A stretch of DNA of 64,000 bases, taken from contig NC_135770.1 of assembly GCF_052425735.1 (NCBI RefSeq), positions 1,054,001-1,118,000 of the forward strand, read 5' to 3'. The stretch is from Oculina patagonica (Eukaryota). The notes below the pieces were generated by a model, which did not search any database, was not told the DNA's origin, and saw only the letters and a list, made by a program, of their open reading frames with translations. Positions 59,801 through 64,000 of the stretch are shown one piece after another. A program made the position numbers and the translations under genes. Position 1 is the first letter of the stretch. Each line of letters opens with the position of its first letter.

Positions 59801-61625
59801 GAGGGCTTTAAGGTGGTCTGACCATCTGCACTTGCATAATTGGTTCTATTTCACGTGTCCTGATTTAATAGTATCCTTCTGTCCTGATATCCTGCAAAAT
59901 TTCTGTCTACTTAAACATTGCTTCATTAAAACAGCATTTCTGAGCAAAAAAAAAATCAACTAACGAAGCTGCTATTTTGGTTCATGATTGAGTCTGAATG
60001 GCAAAGAAGGTGCCATATCCTTGAGGACAGGTCCAGGTGAACTCTCAGATAAAGTGAAACTGGTTTCATGATGTTCTATTTATGTTGCAAATTGGAAGTA
60101 AGAAATTATTCGTACATTCATGTTTTAGCTGATTACTGCTCCTCTAGCCTTCCTCTCGCACTGAATAACTATTTGCCTATCTTAAAAAGGCGTCAAATAA
60201 TTTGGAAGGTTAAGACAAAGCGCAACACTTTTCTTCTAGTTAATTTTCTGCGCCTGTGTTTCTCGGCTCCACGCAAAGGTAATAAAGTACTCCATTTCCT
60301 GCAGTGCACAGCCTATAAAGAGTCAATGCAAGGCATTCTATCTCATGTAACTATCTTTATGTTGAATCAGTTTAAGCTCAATAACCTTTATTGTGGTTTG
60401 CCAAGAACATGATATGGCAATTGTTTTACAACATTTTGAATTACGGAAAGGACTGATCAGTTATTAGTTTTGGAAAAACACGCTACTCGTGCCGACATCG
60501 CATTCAACAAAGAACGATTTTCATCCCCCCCTCCAAGAAAATAATGGTCCGTCCCTTACGGTGTTAAACCGTTCTTTGGGTACTGGCTTTACATGAATAT
60601 TGATCATGTTGTAGTTATTTGAAACTTATCCGTAGACTTCTTTATTTTTAGCAGTTTTAGTCGACCTGAAAGTTGTTTAAAATACTCCTTTTTAAACTTA
60701 AGTTTGTATGTGATCCATTGTACCATTGAGAAACTCTGCGGAACGGTTTTTAACCGTTTCTTGAACACCGGCTATAGCATGACTTTGTTGTTATATTGTA
60801 AACCTTATTTGCAATGTTCTCTTATAAAAGAAACAATAAGATGCACAAAAAAACAACAGAGCTTAAAGAGGTAAAATCTGTTTTCCTTTACACAGCCACT
60901 CTCTCAAGTTTCCTGCTCAAGTTTCCCTCTCGGTGTTATCAATGACAAATTACACGTCCTCTCCTCTTTTCTCCTCCACTTCGCACTTCTCTTTTCTTTT
61001 TCATCACGTCATTGTTCTGCATGTTAACTCAACAGTATTTATAATGCACATGTGCCTTATATTTTCTTAAAAAAAAAACTGCCGCATATGTCAATCAAAT
61101 TATGAGCCTGATTCTGAAGACAGAATGTTAGGGTCCGTATACTAGAATCGAATCAATTTTTTGGTAGACTAGTGACTTACATATTAGAGGAAACTGCCGG
61201 ATTGTGATGACTGCTTGGGCTTATATGATACATTTGTCATACTTGTCAAGCACAGCAAATCGTTTTAAAGGTGCACCATGAAAACAATATTTGTTGAATG
61301 CGATGTCGGCACGAGTAGCGTGTGTTCCCAAAACTAATAACGGATGATATAAAGTCCTTTCTGTCATGCAAGATTTTGTAAAATAACTGCCATATTTTAG
61401 GTCACGCACGTTTTGGGCCAGCCAGAATAAAGATAACTTAGCTTAAAACAATCGAACATAATTAAAAGTTAATTAAATAAGTTAGAATGCCTTCCACTGA
61501 CCCTTAATGCGTTTTGCACTGTAGGAAATGGAGTAGTTAGTAAGCTTTCAGAGGAGCCAAGAAGCAAAGGTGCAGAAAATGAACTAAACGAAAAGTATTG
61601 CGCTTTGTCTTAGCCTTCCAAATTA
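56865..61625. repeat. Duplicated non-coding blocks flanking the GPCR (direct and inverted)
   Basis: 56865-57420 is similar to 59934-60520 (direct). 57060-57890 is similar to the reverse complement of ~60870-61625. Confidence 0.8.
58468..59436 (-). CDS. Rhodopsin-family (class A) GPCR, neuropeptide-receptor-like, single exon, ~322 aa
   Basis: GN in TM1, MAMSDLL in TM2, CK..DRF in TM3, W in TM4, CWVPY in TM6, NPFIC in TM7, and N-terminal sequons NTT/NGT. Likely start is M40 of the listed ORF. Confidence 0.93.
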   Translation of the reverse strand: MLNTTMNGTQSLIQSSSCYNPTAANIGKTFAYCLIFVVSLAGNIFIGIVVYKTKTMRKTINFLIVNMAMSDLLFPIFLFPRDVTELYIDSWLISGPLGQALCKLLPFLSNLSATVSIQSLVLIAVDRFGAVVFPLRSPLIGSKLCPFFILATWIVGMATIFPYLFSYRLVEYQGELVCVAQWNEVFGDSSSYANYMLALFVVFIYSPLILIAILYIIIYLKLKSQTIPGEQSANGRQQRVKRERNVLKMAIAIVIGFAVCWVPYCIGMTLILLVSDIWSCDFQYFRLVIAFVAHANCAINPFICFLFSENYRQSLRNLLRCF

Positions 61626-62069
61626 TTTTTCTAAACAATAATTATGTACTCCTCTTCAGGGATTGTTCCGTTACTATTCAATTCCTTCAGTAGAATACGT
61701 TTTTTTATCAAACAAATTGTACAGAAACTCAGCTGCCGCTTCTTGAATTGTTGAAAGTCATGCATCTTTTAATTGTCTATAAAATTAAATTTCGATAAAG
61801 TAAATCAGTGATATGATAAAGCAAGTTTCACATATCTCTTTATTGTTACTCAAAGAAATTTACAGAAATCCAACGCAAAATTTGTGAACTACCTTACCGT
61901 ACCAAAATTTTGTCAAAGACACGCACTTAGTCGATTGTATAGCATTGAACAAAAGAACTGATGCGAGGAAATGTACTTCAAATCTTTTTCTAGTAAAGAA
62001 AGAGCACAATTTTGTCACTGTTTCTGTTTTAGCTATTTTTAACAAAACTAATCAATAAAAGGAAATTTC

Positions 62070-64000
62070 AAACCTCCCCCCACTTTTTAGACGGCGTTAA
62101 TTAAAAAGGCTGGGCACAATGAGTGAGGTCGATCGCAGCTATAACTATTCATAATAAATAATGAATGATCTAAAAGGTACAACAATCGCATATCGTTCAA
62201 ACCAAAAGCAACCATCAGGTAAAAACCAGTAAATGAAGGAAAACATTGGCCTGGCCATAAACATTCTGCTACTTTAAAACACATCATGTCCAGCTAGAGA
62301 ATCGTAATATATTTTATTATAAAATACATAATATATACCGGCCTTGTCGGTTATCATTAATCTTCTGCATTTGTACGTCGTAAAATCTTCATCAGTTGAA
62401 ACCATCCTTGGTTATTTCCGCATTTTCATTACTCCTTTGTTGTTTTTCTACATTACATAACTATTATTATGAGGTTTTCTTCAAATTAAAAAAAAATTAA
62501 AAAAAATGACTTAAAATATCGTGACATTGCTCCTTTAAGAGAAGATAGTAAAATTCATTTTTACTGTGTTATTAGATCTAAACAATAAATATGTATGAAA
62601 ATTTCAGACCTTTAGGCCCTTTTCATATTTCTTGTGAAAGCAACCGCCTTTGTCCAGGCTGCAAAATTTGCTGCATTTATAAACTAGCTAGTCAAGATGA
62701 GTAAAGCTAAACAAGAAGAAAGTATCAATAATGAAACCCAGCACCAAGATAGAATGCTTCAAACATCGCGTGCAAAAGTCAACATCATAATTCTAGAATT
62801 CATTAATTAAAATACACCAGACACCCATTTTAATTCTGTTTTAAACCAAAATGAAACGATCCAACAAGGCACTATATTTTATATCGCTAGTTTGTAGTAA
62901 AAATGCATTAAGATAAATTTTAAAATAATCACTGATGTTTTTAAGTGTAGATATATATTTACAACCTTTGCTGTGAGTAGGTCTGTTTAAAAAAAAAATA
63001 ATTAAAAATTAATGAATGCGAACACAAAACACGGCCTTACGTAAAGTTTAATGATTTTCGGATATGTCGGACTTTTCAATGATTCCGTTTAACTGTAAAA
63101 TCATCTTAAGCTTATATAAGTTAAGCTAATGTTCAATTCCCACAGACATCAGTTTGACTAAAAACCAATTTAATACTTAATTTCACCTAATTGTTATTCC
63201 TTCAGTTGGGTAATTTAATAAGTTCACCTCTATATTTGAAGAAATTTAGCAATTTGAAGAAAACCGGCTCATAACAAGCGTTATGTAATGTAGCAAAACA
63301 ATAAAGGAGTAATGAAAATGCAGAAAAACCAAGGATGGTTTCAACTGATGAAGATTTTACGACGTACATATGCAGAAGAAAATTTTAAATTTTAAACCTC
63401 CCCCACTTTTCATACGGCGTTAATTGAAAAGGCTGGGCAAAATGAGTGAGGTCGATCGCAGCTATAACTATTCATAATAAGTAATGAATGATCTAAAAGG
63501 TACGGGTACAACAATCGCCTATAGTTCAAACCAAAAGCAACCATCAGATAATAACCAGCAAACGAAGGTAACATTGGCCTGGCCATAAACATTCTGCTAC
63601 TTTAAAACACATCATGTCCAGCTAGAGAATCATAATATATTTTATTATAAAATACATAATATATACCGGCCTTGTCGGTTATCATTAATCTTCTGCATTT
63701 GTACGTCGTAAAATCTTCATCAGTTGAAACCATCCTTGGTTATTTCCGCATTTTCATTACTCCTTTGTTGTTTTTCTACATTACATAACTATTATTATGA
63801 GGTTTTTATCAAATTGGAAATAATAAAAAAAATGACTTAAAATATCGTGACATTGCTCCTTTAAGAGAAGATAGTAAAATTCATTTTTACTGTGTTATTA
63901 GATCTAAACAATAAATATGTATGAAAATTTCAGACCTTCAGGCCCTTTTCATATTTCTTGTGAAAGCAATCGCCTTTGTCCAGGCTGCAAAATTTGCTGC
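62070..64000. repeat. Near-identical ~610-bp direct duplication plus ~100-bp inverted copy
   Basis: 62070-62675 is similar to 63393-64000. 63280-63378 is the reverse complement of 62361-62461. Each copy contains a CGTGACATTGCTCCTTTAA MITE-like end. Confidence 0.9.

Overview
AT-rich, intron-containing animal DNA. The repeat style (abundant short MITEs and tRNA-derived SINEs) and gene content suggest a cnidarian, probably a stony coral; this is inference. Genes were rebuilt by hand from GT-AG exons, in order: RIOX1/NO66 (minus, runs off the left edge), head-to-head with an intronless ZDHHC palmitoyltransferase; three tandem MCFD2-like EF-hand paralogs (minus); cardiolipin synthase CRLS1 (minus), head-to-head with NDUFAF1/CIA30 (plus) with the ATGs only 79 bp apart; an intronless BTB-domain gene; the canonical MCFD2 (plus); an 11-exon, probably secreted ~515-aa glycine-rich protein whose motif layout resembles prokaryotic surface proteins; and an intronless rhodopsin-family GPCR inside duplicated flanks. 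Mobile DNA includes two Penelope-like retroelement insertions, each a 5'-truncated body plus an inverted 3' repeat with hammerhead-ribozyme motifs, a four-level nested transposon stack, and many MITEs and SINEs. There are two N gaps (4633-4778, 23233-23360). The most notable candidates are the four-member MCFD2 family (shared NPQ tail, ERSE-like promoter motif), the bacterial-like polyglycine protein, and the ribozyme-bearing Penelope hairpins.
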